A DNA stretch of 29,777 nucleotides from a virus (IMGVR_UViG_3300037743_000193:1-29777), one strand, 5' to 3'. Shown: positions 7,851-16,123, counted from the stretch's first letter. Program-made: numbers and translations. Notes: generated from the sequence alone by a model not told the origin.

Positions 7851-7861
7851 GTCTAACTTGG
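7847..7861. promoter_or_regulatory. Operator palindrome TCAAGT-CTA-ACTTGG
   Basis: The reverse complement of 7846-7862 matches 8645-8661 at 16/17 positions. Confidence 0.8.
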
Positions 7862-7900
7862 AGAATCATCAATCCCGACTCGGCGCCAAACAGGCTAAAT

Positions 7901-7915
7901 TCAAGCCACGCTTGA
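7901..7915. promoter_or_regulatory. Operator palindrome TCAAGC-CAC-GCTTGA
   Basis: Perfect 6-bp arms; overlaps the A of the repressor ATG. Confidence 0.78.
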
Positions 7916-8340
7916 TGCGCAAGAAGCTCGACATCACCAAGTTTCCGCCGGGGTACGAGTTCCTCGTAACGGACCGCGCGGTTCACCTGATCAGGGAAAA
8001 GAAGGACCAGGAGAACTGGGGCAACGAGGAGTTGGCACGCCGCGGCAAGAAGGCAAGCCGGGGGCGGATGCCGATGACCGGCCAGTCCGTCAAGGAAGTA
8101 ATCCAGGCGGGGCCTGGGCGCAGGAGGAAGAGTAAGCTTATCCCCTACCTCCTGCTCGCTGCCGACGTCGAGCTGACGCTCGACCTGGTCCTACCCGTGG
8201 CCGACGGCGAGACCGCCGTGATCGTGGACCAGATGGAAGCGCGGGTCCTCGAGGTGCTCCGCGCCGAGCCCGAGATCTACGCGGTATTTGCTGCCGTTTC
8301 GAGACGCCTCAGCTCTCGCCTAGAAGAGCCCGAGCCCTAG
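7915..8340 (+). CDS. Putative phage repressor (atypical HTH, no S24 peptidase domain)
   Basis: Divergent from cro and lying between operator-bearing promoters; IREKKDQENWGNEELARR..MTGQSVKEVI is XRE-like. Confidence 0.6.
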   Translation: MRKKLDITKFPPGYEFLVTDRAVHLIREKKDQENWGNEELARRGKKASRGRMPMTGQSVKEVIQAGPGRRRKSKLIPYLLLAADVELTLDLVLPVADGETAVIVDQMEARVLEVLRAEPEIYAVFAAVSRRLSSRLEEPEP

Positions 8341-8581
8341 CAGCCACGCCCGCAAGTTCGGCTGTCCCACGAGCGGCCCTCGGTTGCGGCCATCCCTCCG
8401 CAGCCATTATGGCGCGCTCGATGTCCTCGATCGCCTGCTCGGCCTCCCTCCTGGCCGTGGCGAGGTCGGCGATGCGCCCGCCCTTCGTCCGCCAGCCTTT
8501 GTGGGCCTCCGAGATATGTGCCACCGCGCTGAGCAGTCGCTCAAGCGCCCTCCATTCTGGACCACTCTGATTCCACCTCAT
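8309..8581 (-). CDS. Hypothetical helical protein convergent with the repressor
   Basis: Fills the gap between the repressor and the rightward promoter; protein-like sequence. Confidence 0.5.
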   Translation of the reverse strand: MRWNQSGPEWRALERLLSAVAHISEAHKGWRTKGGRIADLATARREAEQAIEDIERAIMAAEGWPQPRAARGTAELAGVAARARALLGES

Positions 8582-8645
8582 GTCGTCTTTGGATGATGCT
8601 CTGGGTAGCTCCGGAGTGCCACAGGGGAGAGGCCCCGAATAAAAT

Positions 8646-8685
8646 CCAAGTTTGACTTGACGTGCGTCAAGCCAGGCTTTAACCT
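8646..8685 (+). promoter_or_regulatory. Rightward early promoter TTGACG-17-TAACCT with two operators (8646-8660, 8667-8681)
   Basis: -35 at 8657-8662, -10 at 8680-8685, ATG 6 nt later. Operators are CCAAGT-TTG-ACTTGA and TCAAGC-CAG-GCTTTA. Confidence 0.82.
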
Positions 8686-8691
8686 CGGACC

Positions 8692-8859
8692 ATGCAGTCC
8701 TTACTCGCCGAGCGCCGCCAACTCATCCGCCTCTTGCGCCTGGCCGAGGACCGGGTCGAGCGCGAGCTCCTCTGGCACTCCATCATCCAGCTCGACGCCA
8801 AGGCCGGACTCGACGAGGACCGGCACCTGGCCGAGTTCGTGGCGGGGGCCGAGCGATGA
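8692..8859 (+). CDS. Small helical protein, 55 aa, first gene of the rightward operon (not in the ORF track)
   Basis: MQSLLAERRQLIRLLRLAEDRVERELLWHSIIQLDAKAG...; ATGA overlap with the next gene. Confidence 0.75.
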   Translation: MQSLLAERRQLIRLLRLAEDRVERELLWHSIIQLDAKAGLDEDRHLAEFVAGAER

Positions 8860-9137
8860 TCGAGCACGGCCACATCGACAGTCCTATCCGGATCGCCATC
8901 GCCCGCGCCGATCACTACGCCGCCCATCGCGCTGTCACCGCTGACGCTGATGCCTTTGTCGCCGGCACCGTCGATCGCTACGTGTGGCCCTCCGAGCCCG
9001 AGTGGGACGAGCCCGGGATGCGACTGGTGGGCGGTCGGTGCCCGGCGTGCGGTAGTGACCTCGCCATCGAGGTGGCCGAGGACCATCCGCTGGTTGCGGA
9101 GCTGAGCCGGCCACGAAAGAAGAGGGGTTCGAGATGA
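8856..9137 (+). CDS. Hypothetical protein with a CPACG motif
   Basis: Coupled at both ends. Confidence 0.7.
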   Translation: MIEHGHIDSPIRIAIARADHYAAHRAVTADADAFVAGTVDRYVWPSEPEWDEPGMRLVGGRCPACGSDLAIEVAEDHPLVAELSRPRKKRGSR

Positions 9138-9958
9138 AGTTCACCCCCGAGATGCCTCTGAATTTTTCGCGGATCAAATACGCCGACACCAGCCCCAAGC
9201 ACTTCAAGGCCGCGTGCCTCAGCCAGCTCCAGCGCGACACCCTGGGCATGCGCAAGGGCTCGGTCGGCCACTGCCTCACCCTGGAACCGGATCGGTTCAA
9301 GGAGCGGTACATCGTCTGGGAGCACGGCGACCGGCGCGCGAAGGGCTACAAAGCGTTCGCGGCCGAGGCTGCGGCTAACGGGCTCGTCGTCCTGACCAAG
9401 CCCGAGTTCGAGGCCGCCCGCGAGATGGCCGCCGCGATCAACACGGACCCAATCGCCGCCGCGCTGCTCTCGGACCCGAATGCGATCGTCGAGCAGCGTT
9501 TGTTCTGGACCGACAAGGAGACCGGGCTCGCCCTCGCCGGCACGCCCGACTACGTCTCAGTCCGCGACAACGTTCTGCCTGACATCAAGACTACGGCCCT
9601 GGCCGAGGTGCCATGGGAGAAGTACGCCGGTCGCCAGAACCTGCACTGCCAGATCGCCATGTACATCGACAGCTGCCGGGCGAACGGGATCGATATCAAC
9701 GACGAGGCCGGCCACTGGATCGTCCCGGAGTCGTCCCAGCCCCATGACGTTGTCTGCTACCACGTGCCGAGCGATGTCGTAGAGGAAGGACGGCGCCGGT
9801 ACCAGAGCTGGCTCGTCCGGGTCGCCGAGTGCATCGAGTCCGGCGAGTGGCCGGGCCGGGCCGGGGACGTGCGCGAGTACAACCTGCCCCTGTGGCGGTA
9901 TCTCGATCGCGAGGAGCCCGTGACGCTCACCATCGGTGGCGAGGAGATGACGATCTGA
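9134..9958 (+). CDS. RecE/exonuclease VIII-like PD-(D/E)XK nuclease (DUF3799-type)
   Basis: G...HCL.LEP, EQRLFW.D.ETG...GTPD, DIKTT and QIAMY motifs. Confidence 0.88.
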   Translation: MKFTPEMPLNFSRIKYADTSPKHFKAACLSQLQRDTLGMRKGSVGHCLTLEPDRFKERYIVWEHGDRRAKGYKAFAAEAAANGLVVLTKPEFEAAREMAAAINTDPIAAALLSDPNAIVEQRLFWTDKETGLALAGTPDYVSVRDNVLPDIKTTALAEVPWEKYAGRQNLHCQIAMYIDSCRANGIDINDEAGHWIVPESSQPHDVVCYHVPSDVVEEGRRRYQSWLVRVAECIESGEWPGRAGDVREYNLPLWRYLDREEPVTLTIGGEEMTI

Positions 9959-10356
9959 TGCCCCACTGGAGACTGCTGATCCCGACCCGGTACGTGTCCT
10001 TCGCCGACCTTCGCGGCCGGGACGTTGTTGCGACCATCGAGTCCGTTTCGCGCGAGGAGATGGTCGAGAAGGACAAGAAGACGAAGAAGACCCGGAAGGT
10101 CAAGCGGGCCGTGGTCAGGTTCGTCGGCGAGGAGAAAGGCATGGTCCTGAAAGCCACCAACGCCGGAACGATCGTGGACCTGTACGGGACCGAGACCGAA
10201 AACTGGATCGGGAAGCAGATCACCCTGTTCCCGACCACGTGTTCCGCATTCGGGAAATCTGGCGTCGAGTGCGTTCGGATCCGGCCCGAGGTCCCGCCGC
10301 CGCCCAAGTCCCGCAACCAGCAGGCGGACGAGCCCATAGACGGAGCCAACCAGTGA
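9958..10356 (+). CDS. Conserved phage protein, putative OB-fold ssDNA-binding/recombination partner
   Basis: YVSFADL.G.D...TI..V, LKATN...I..LYG.ETENWIGKQITL, VRIRP. Occupies the RecT position. Confidence 0.65.
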   Translation: MPHWRLLIPTRYVSFADLRGRDVVATIESVSREEMVEKDKKTKKTRKVKRAVVRFVGEEKGMVLKATNAGTIVDLYGTETENWIGKQITLFPTTCSAFGKSGVECVRIRPEVPPPPKSRNQQADEPIDGANQ

Positions 10357-10622
10357 TCGACCTCAGTGCCCAAGACCGAGCCATCGCCGCCATCCGCGTC
10401 GAGCGAATGCGCCAGGAGCGTCTCAAGGCCGCCGGCAAGTTCGCCGCGACGCCCGCCGACGACATCCCGGACACGGACCGGCTGCCGATGCTTGTCGAGG
10501 AAGTGGGCGAGGTGGCGAGGGCTCTGTGCGACGGGACGAATCTGAGGGAGGAACTGGTCCAGGTCGCGGCGGTGGCTCTGGCCTGGGTCGAGGCGCTGGA
10601 GAAGATGGAGTCCGACTCATGA
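10353..10622 (+). CDS. MazG-like nucleotide pyrophosphohydrolase
   Basis: ER.RQ, LVEEVGEVARAL and LREELVQVAAVALAWVE motifs. Confidence 0.85.
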   Translation: MIDLSAQDRAIAAIRVERMRQERLKAAGKFAATPADDIPDTDRLPMLVEEVGEVARALCDGTNLREELVQVAAVALAWVEALEKMESDS

Positions 10623-10966
10623 CCCCCCTCGAAAAGCTCCGGCACCTGCGCTCGCTCGCGGCCATGGCGACCCCGAGGCCGTGGAAGGTCCGGCGCGAAG
10701 CCACTGACGGCTTCATCGACTACCAGATCCACGACGGAACCGGCGGACACCTCGCGGCGTGTTCGGAGCTAGCCAACGATCTCGCCCGCGCTGATGCGAG
10801 GTACATCGCCGCCGCCGCGAACCTGCTGCCCGCGCTGGTCGAGTTCGCGGAGGGGATTCGCCACGTCTACGACACCTGCCCCGGCGAAAGCCGCGGGATG
10901 GTCATGGTGAGGATGTCGGACGCCCTTGCCGCCCTCGAGCGCGCCCTGGAGGCCGACCATGTCTGA
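10619..10966 (+). CDS. Ead/Ea22-like protein
   Basis: LA..ATPRPW...ADARYIAAAANLLPAL motif. Confidence 0.75.
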   Translation: MTPLEKLRHLRSLAAMATPRPWKVRREATDGFIDYQIHDGTGGHLAACSELANDLARADARYIAAAANLLPALVEFAEGIRHVYDTCPGESRGMVMVRMSDALAALERALEADHV

Positions 10967-11204
10967 GCGCGCTGGGCCACGGGTCTACGCCGAGATCGTC
11001 TACGAGTGCCGCGGCTGCTGCCACCTGCGAACGGTGACGCGGCGCGAGCACTTCGGAGACCACGCTATTGACCCGGAGGATCCGATCTCGCTGTGCGCCG
11101 CGCCCTCGATCGTGAGCAAGTACAGCTTCCCGCAGGCGCTCTGGGATGGCTACAACCCGAGGGCGCCCGAGTGGTGCCCGTACCGGAGGACCGACGATGG
11201 CTGA
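10959..11204 (+). CDS. Small Cys-rich protein
   Basis: CRGCCH...C...APEWCPY; GGAGG SD. Confidence 0.7.
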   Translation: MSERAGPRVYAEIVYECRGCCHLRTVTRREHFGDHAIDPEDPISLCAAPSIVSKYSFPQALWDGYNPRAPEWCPYRRTDDG

Positions 11205-11400
11205 GTCGCGCTACGTGTATCTCGGCGCCAAGATGACCCGCCCCGAGCTAGTCGGCGCCGGCTGCGACCCGGTGCGGCGCCCCGATGGCAAGTGCATCGT
11301 CGGCCGCAACGCCACCCAGTTCGTCCGCTTCGAGGACGGGGAGGAAGTGGTCGTCATGCGGCGCCGGCTGCGGCTGAGGAGCAAGCTCGATGCCCGATGA
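11197..11400 (+). CDS. Hypothetical protein
   Basis: ATG 11197 with a GGAGG SD; overlaps its neighbours. Confidence 0.7.
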   Translation: MAESRYVYLGAKMTRPELVGAGCDPVRRPDGKCIVGRNATQFVRFEDGEEVVVMRRRLRLRSKLDAR

Positions 11401-11725
11401 ACTGCACCCGACAACCGGAGCCATCAACCCCGACTGCGAGCGGGCGGACTGGTGGCGCGAGGCATTCGGCGGCCTCGAGGTCCCGCTCGTATCGCCCGTG
11501 GCGCAGCTGTGGCTGGTCCCTGGCGTCGACGGCGTCGAGGGGGAACATCTCGTCTACCAGGTCGACGTGAGCAAGCTCGGCGGCGACCAGATCGATCGAG
11601 TGGCCCGCGTGGTCGCCGCTCAGTTCGACCTCGACGTGGCCTCGGTACGTGCGGACATCGAACGTGAGGGGATTCCGATCCTGGCCGAGGACGTCGTGGT
11701 TTCGTTTGACGCGAGGTGGCTCTAA
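11390..11725 (+). CDS. Hypothetical protein
   Basis: GAGGAG SD; acidic, globular-looking sequence. Confidence 0.72.
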   Translation: MPDELHPTTGAINPDCERADWWREAFGGLEVPLVSPVAQLWLVPGVDGVEGEHLVYQVDVSKLGGDQIDRVARVVAAQFDLDVASVRADIEREGIPILAEDVVVSFDARWL

Positions 11726-11955
11726 TGGCCGGCGAGTCGCGCTGCAAGAAGTGCCGCGAGCTGATCGTCTGGGCGACGACGGCGGCCGGCAAAAACATCC
11801 CGCTTGACCCGGTGCCGGTCCTCGGCGGCAACCTCGAGAAGGACCACGACGAGGTCCGCTACGTCACGCCCGACCCCGAGGTCCGGCGCTACGTCTCCCA
11901 CTTTTCGACGTGCCCGGCGGCGGCGAGCTTCCGGCGATCGCGAGGACGGAAGTGA
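11725..11955 (+). CDS. Small Zn-binding phage protein
   Basis: CKKC..I.W.TT..GK.IPLD...YVSHFSTCP pattern. Confidence 0.78.
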   Translation: MAGESRCKKCRELIVWATTAAGKNIPLDPVPVLGGNLEKDHDEVRYVTPDPEVRRYVSHFSTCPAAASFRRSRGRK

Positions 11956-12404
11956 GCGCCCGCATCCCCACGCCCGAGGAGCGGCGCGAGTTGGCGCGGC
12001 TGCTAGATGCCGCCACCGAGCGGCCGTGGTCGTGGGAGCAAATTGGCGAGAAGGTGAATGGCTACGTCATCGGCGTCGCTTTTACCGAGGATGGCGAACC
12101 GATAGCCGGGCGAGTTCAAGAGCCGGACTTTGTGGTGGATGGGATACTAGTCGGCGAACACGAAGCCGCGACATGCAACTACGACGACCCGGGGCTGATC
12201 GTCACAGCCGTGAACGCCCTCCCCGGCCTCCTCGCCGCCCTCGATCTGGCTGAGCGAGCGCTGATCGAAGTCGTGGCAGACGGCGAGCGTCGAGACCATT
12301 ACGACACCTGTTCCCGCGCGCTGAGCGAGGCGAACGACTGCGATTGTGGACTGGGGATCGCTCGCACCGCACTCTTCGGGCTCCGCGGGGAGGGCGGGTC
12401 GTGA
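11952..12404 (+). CDS. Second Ead/Ea22-like protein
   Basis: LLDAATERPW...D..LIV.AVNALP.LL; C-terminal H..TC..CDCG. Confidence 0.7.
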   Translation: MSARIPTPEERRELARLLDAATERPWSWEQIGEKVNGYVIGVAFTEDGEPIAGRVQEPDFVVDGILVGEHEAATCNYDDPGLIVTAVNALPGLLAALDLAERALIEVVADGERRDHYDTCSRALSEANDCDCGLGIARTALFGLRGEGGS

Positions 12405-12661
12405 GCGGCCTCTTTCTCGGCACGTGGTGTTTCGACTGCGGCCCGGACGTTGGCGTGGACGAGGACGGGTGCTGTGTGACGTGCGGCGACGGTGCCCTGG
12501 GAGACGGCGCGGATGAGGCGCACCGGATCAGAGCCGAGCGCGACCGGCTCCGGGCGGCGCTGGAGGAGATCGCGAACCTACCGGCCCGGTACTTTCCCAA
12601 TGCCGTAGAGATCGCCAAGTCCGCCCTCGCCGACGACCGTGCAACCGGGGAGGAGTCATGA
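12401..12661 (+). CDS. Zn-ribbon plus coiled-coil protein
   Basis: CFDCG..VDEDGCCVTCG, ERDRLRAALEEIA. Confidence 0.7.
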   Translation: MSGLFLGTWCFDCGPDVGVDEDGCCVTCGDGALGDGADEAHRIRAERDRLRAALEEIANLPARYFPNAVEIAKSALADDRATGEES

Positions 12662-13110
12662 AGCTGTACGAGGACGCCCGGCTACCGAAGCGTTTCTGGG
12701 ACAAGGTGAGGATCGATCCCGGGTCGGGGTGTTGGCTTTGGACGGCGTGCGAGAGAGGCAAGGGGTACGGCAGCTTCTGGTTCGGCGGCAAAATGAACCA
12801 GGCCCACCGGGTCGCCCGCGAGGTGCTCGTCGGCGAGATCCCACGGGGATTGCAGACCGATCATCTCTGCCGCGTTCGGCGCTGCGTCAACCCCGAGCAC
12901 CTCGAGCCGGTCACCTCCAGAGAGAATACGCTCAGGGGCGACACGGCCCCGGCGGCTAATGTCGCCAAGACCCACTGTCCCCAGGGCCACCCGTATGACG
13001 AAGGCAACACGTACGTGGCCAGGGGCGGCGACAGGAAATGCCGGAGATGCGATCGGGATCGCAGGCGGGCCTATAGACAAAGGGCGCGACAGGAGGGGGA
13101 GTCATCGTGA
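12658..13110 (+). CDS. HNH endonuclease
   Basis: RFW.KV, CWLW, GYG, AHRV and DHLCRVRRCVNPEHLEPVT..EN motifs. Confidence 0.92.
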   Translation: MKLYEDARLPKRFWDKVRIDPGSGCWLWTACERGKGYGSFWFGGKMNQAHRVAREVLVGEIPRGLQTDHLCRVRRCVNPEHLEPVTSRENTLRGDTAPAANVAKTHCPQGHPYDEGNTYVARGGDRKCRRCDRDRRRAYRQRARQEGESS

Positions 13111-13388
13111 TGTCTTGCAGGAGGTGCTCCGAACCAGCCGCCGTCCAGCTGCCGAGGGGTGAGCGGCTCTGTTCCGGGTGCGCAGTAGGGCGGATTCGGC
13201 TGCTGGCGGCTCAGCGCGACGAGGCCCGGGCCGCGCACAATGAAGTCGCCACCAGGCTCGAGACCTGCCTCGGCGAACTCCGAGAGGCCCGGGCCGAGGT
13301 GGAGCGGCTGCGACGGGACCTCGACGCGTGCAAGGCGGTGCTCGGGTTCATCGCCAGCCACGCCCCCGACCCGGAGCCCGGCGAGTGA
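13107..13388 (+). CDS. Zn-ribbon plus coiled-coil protein
   Basis: CRRC...CSGC followed by heptads; coupled at both ends. Confidence 0.65.
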   Translation: MMSCRRCSEPAAVQLPRGERLCSGCAVGRIRLLAAQRDEARAAHNEVATRLETCLGELREARAEVERLRRDLDACKAVLGFIASHAPDPEPGE

Positions 13389-13612
13389 CCCGGGACCTCG
13401 ACCGCGAGCTGGCCCGGCGGCTGGGGCCAGAGGAGATCCTCACCGTCACCCAGGCCGCTCGTTTCCTAGGGGTTGCGCGCCGATCCCTGTACGAAGCCAT
13501 CGGCCGCCTCGAGGTTCCGCACCGAAGGATCGGCCGCCGCATTGTTCTTTCCCGCGCCGCCCTCGTACGATGGCTGGACTCGTGCGAGGCGCCGGCCAGG
13601 AATGGAGCCTGA
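13385..13612 (+). CDS. xis: Excisionase (HTH_17-like)
   Basis: ILTVTQAARFLGVARRSLYEAI...VPHRRIGRRIVL...L.RWL; directly upstream of the integrase. Confidence 0.88.
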   Translation: MTRDLDRELARRLGPEEILTVTQAARFLGVARRSLYEAIGRLEVPHRRIGRRIVLSRAALVRWLDSCEAPARNGA

Positions 13613-14691
13613 TGGCTGCCTACAAGGACGACACCGGCCGATGGCGTTACCGGAGGCGGATTCGTTTACCTAATGGGAAGCGGACCCGCATCAAAGGGAC
13701 GCCGGAGACCAACACCCGAGCCGCGGCAGAGGCGGCCGAGCGGGACCGCATCTGGAGATTGCAGAACCCGCTGGCCTTTGCCGACGCCACACCAAAGGAG
13801 GTACCGACACTCAGAGAATACACCGACCAATTCCTCAACGGCTACGCCGCCGATCACAAGGAGCGGAGCCGCGAGGAGAAACGACGCATCCTCGACACGT
13901 ACATCCTGGAAGAACTCGGCGAGCTCCGGCTCAGCGAGATCACCCAGGCGACCATCGACACCCTCAGGGCCGACCTACTCCGGGGCCGAACGACGAAGAC
14001 CGCGGCGAACGTGCTCGCGGTCCTGTCCTCGATCATGAAGTACGCGGCACAGAACGGGCTCATCAGCGTGGCCGGCTTCCGGTTCACGGTGAAGTCCGAC
14101 GAGGGGGCCGAGGTTGAAGCCGTGCCCGCGGTGGACATCGGCAAGCTGATCGCAGCGACGCCAGACCACCGTTACCGGGTGATGATCCTGCTCGCCGCCG
14201 AAGCCGGGCTCAGGGCCGGAGAGATCCGCGCCCTGGAGTGGGCCGACATCGACGGCGAGCTGCTCAACATCCGGCGCGCCCTCGACACCCGGAACCGCCC
14301 GACATCGACCAAGAGCCGGCGCCATCGCCGGGTGCCCGTCAGCCACGAGCTCGCGGGCGCCCTCGATCGGCATCGGCAGACCGGACCGACCGTGGTCACC
14401 AAGTTGCGGTCACCGGGCCCGCTCACCTACTGGGCGATGCGGGATGGGATCCTCTCGGTGTACGACGCCGCGGGGGTCCGGGTGCCGTCGATGCCCTGGC
14501 ACGCGCTCCGTCACAGCTACGGGACCGCCCTCGCTCGCGCGGGTGTCCCGGTAGAGGTGATCCGCAAGGCGATGGGTCACGCCTCCATTGCGACGACCCT
14601 TCGCTACTTCCACACCGACGATGACGACCTCATCGCCGCCGCCCGTTCGACGTTTGGGCCCACACTGGGCCCGAGCTCGGATCTGGCATGA
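13612..14691 (+). CDS. int: Tyrosine integrase
   Basis: Catalytic set GLRAGE, TKS, HALRH, MGH and RY; N-terminal arm-binding region (WRYRRRI). Confidence 0.96.
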   Translation: MAAYKDDTGRWRYRRRIRLPNGKRTRIKGTPETNTRAAAEAAERDRIWRLQNPLAFADATPKEVPTLREYTDQFLNGYAADHKERSREEKRRILDTYILEELGELRLSEITQATIDTLRADLLRGRTTKTAANVLAVLSSIMKYAAQNGLISVAGFRFTVKSDEGAEVEAVPAVDIGKLIAATPDHRYRVMILLAAEAGLRAGEIRALEWADIDGELLNIRRALDTRNRPTSTKSRRHRRVPVSHELAGALDRHRQTGPTVVTKLRSPGPLTYWAMRDGILSVYDAAGVRVPSMPWHALRHSYGTALARAGVPVEVIRKAMGHASIATTLRYFHTDDDDLIAAARSTFGPTLGPSSDLA

Positions 14692-14729
14692 GAAAAACCC
14701 GCGAAACCGGAATGGTCTCGCGGGCTTCC
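14692..14729. terminator. Hairpin terminator (U-tract on the minus strand, possibly bidirectional)
   Basis: AAACCCGCGAAACC-GGAAT-GGTCTCGCGGGCTT; follows both the int stop and the tRNA fragment. Confidence 0.8.
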
Positions 14730-14732
14730 TGT

Positions 14733-14754
14733 TGCGACCCCAACGGGATTTGAA
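14733..14754 (-). other. attP core = tRNA 3' fragment (T-loop plus acceptor strand; Glu/Asp-like)
   Basis: Minus strand reads TTCAAAT-CCCGT-TGGGGTC-G-CA; the 5' part of the tRNA is absent. Confidence 0.85.
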
Positions 14755-14880
14755 GACGTAAAGCAACCCTAACAGGGCCGGCGCCTTGCACGAGTTTCGC
14801 GCCGTTAGGGGAGCGTCCAATGGCATCTGGTTGCACCGGATGTCCTGCAAGTGGGCCCGAAAGGCCCGGGGTGACCTCCC

Positions 14881-15366
14881 ATGTCTGATGAAGTTTGGAA
14901 ACCAGTGCCGGATCTGCCCGGCGTGGAGGCGAGCAGCCGAGGGCGGATCCGCATCGACGGAACCGTCCGTCGATCCTCGTCGAGTAATGGCTACCTCCGC
15001 GTCCAGCCCAAGATCGACGGGAAGAAGCGGTGCCTCTACGTTCACCAGCTCGTCCTGGCGGCCTTCGTGGGCCCGCGGCCTCCCGGCCTCGTCTCGCGTC
15101 ACCTGGACGACAATCCGCTCGACAACCGCCCGGAGAACCTCGCCTACGGGACCCAGGCACAGAACATGGCTGACCGTGACAAGCATGGCAACGGCCCTAC
15201 CGGCGCGCGCAACGGCCGCTCTAAGCTGACCCCGGCGTTAGTCCGACTCGTCCGTCTAGCCCGAAAGGGGGGTGCCTCGTTTCAGGCCATCGCCGACGCG
15301 GTCAACATGAACTCGACGACCATCCAGGACATCTGCAAGGGCCGCCTATGGAAGGATGTGGCGTGA
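14881..15366 (+). CDS. NUMOD4-type HNH endonuclease with a C-terminal HTH
   Basis: EVWKPV, SS.GRIR, NGYL.V, YVHQLV..AF.G, RHLDDNP.DN..ENL..GT...N and SKLT motifs. Confidence 0.9.
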   Translation: MSDEVWKPVPDLPGVEASSRGRIRIDGTVRRSSSSNGYLRVQPKIDGKKRCLYVHQLVLAAFVGPRPPGLVSRHLDDNPLDNRPENLAYGTQAQNMADRDKHGNGPTGARNGRSKLTPALVRLVRLARKGGASFQAIADAVNMNSTTIQDICKGRLWKDVA

Positions 15367-15473
15367 CACGCGGATTTTCAGTCCCCGTGCTGCGCTCGCT
15401 AAAGGGAGGGAAATCGAATGGATAAGAAACGAACCGAGACCGATGGGACGCCGATGGGACGAGGAGGTAAGGG

Positions 15474-15614
15474 ATGAGTCCAGAGACAAAGGTTGATGCA
15501 GTGATCGAGATGCTGGCGGAGTTGGTCCGGCTTCAAGCGCCAAACCGCGTACTCCACGAGATCGGGGTGTGGCTGGCAACGCTCAGCGACGAGAGCGAGG
15601 CCCAGGATGGATAG
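15474..15614 (+). CDS. Small protein, 46 aa (not in the ORF track)
   Basis: GAGGAGG SD; MSPETKVDAVIEMLAELVRLQAPNRVLHEIGVWLATLSDESEAQDG. Confidence 0.6.
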   Translation: MSPETKVDAVIEMLAELVRLQAPNRVLHEIGVWLATLSDESEAQDG

Positions 15615-15873
15615 GGACATGCGCGCCCGCATCGAGGCCATCGTTCGGCCCATCCTGTGGGAACACATCGACCCCCTCAGCTGCGAGGTGGACGAGCAGA
15701 TCGCGCTCGTGGACGCCGCGGTGGAGTGCTACGGGGCCGGAGACGGAGGCCGGTACGGGCGCGCACTGGAGCAGATTCTCGCCCTGGAGAACGACCCCTC
15801 GCCCGACTGGCAGAAGCTGATGCGCGCTCTCGCTATCGCCAAGGCGGCCGTTGACGGAGTGGACGTTCGATGA
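15607..15873 (+). CDS. Hypothetical helical protein
   Basis: Overlaps the previous ORF; G/C-ending codons. Confidence 0.65.
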   Translation: MDRDMRARIEAIVRPILWEHIDPLSCEVDEQIALVDAAVECYGAGDGGRYGRALEQILALENDPSPDWQKLMRALAIAKAAVDGVDVR

Positions 15874-15906
15874 TTACCGAGGCCGGACACCAGAAGAGGC
15901 GCGACG

Positions 15907-16074
15907 ATGGGAGGTAAGCCCCGCACGGGGCCGACCGTGCCCTGGCCGCGGCTACCCTGCGACTGCCACGCCGTTGCCTGGCGAGCGGCGTGGCTTGGGG
16001 GCTGCCCCGTTCACGTCTGCAACGCCTGCGGTCGAATCAGGCGCGAGGAGCTGGGGCGCTGGTGGAACGACTAA
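15907..16074 (+). CDS. Small Zn-ribbon-like protein, 55 aa (not in the ORF track)
   Basis: AGAGG SD; ...PCDCH...VHVCNACGR. Confidence 0.5.
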   Translation: MGGKPRTGPTVPWPRLPCDCHAVAWRAAWLGGCPVHVCNACGRIRREELGRWWND

Positions 16075-16123
16075 ACCCGCCGCAAAAACCGCCCTCGCCG
16101 CCACCATGTGAGCCCGCTCGTCT

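Noticed and set aside
13240-13611. N-terminal extension of the integrase (483-aa ORF)
   Set aside because: Low-complexity sequence that overlaps xis and the preceding gene; ATG 13612 is coupled to the xis stop.
14733-14810. Complete tRNA gene
   Set aside because: Only the T-loop and 3' strands are present. The 5' T-stem, anticodon arm and D arm are missing, so it is treated as an att core.
14410-15668. - strand ORFs 14410-15186 and 15399-15668
   Set aside because: They overlap int, attP, the HNH and better-supported + strand ORFs that have SD sequences.
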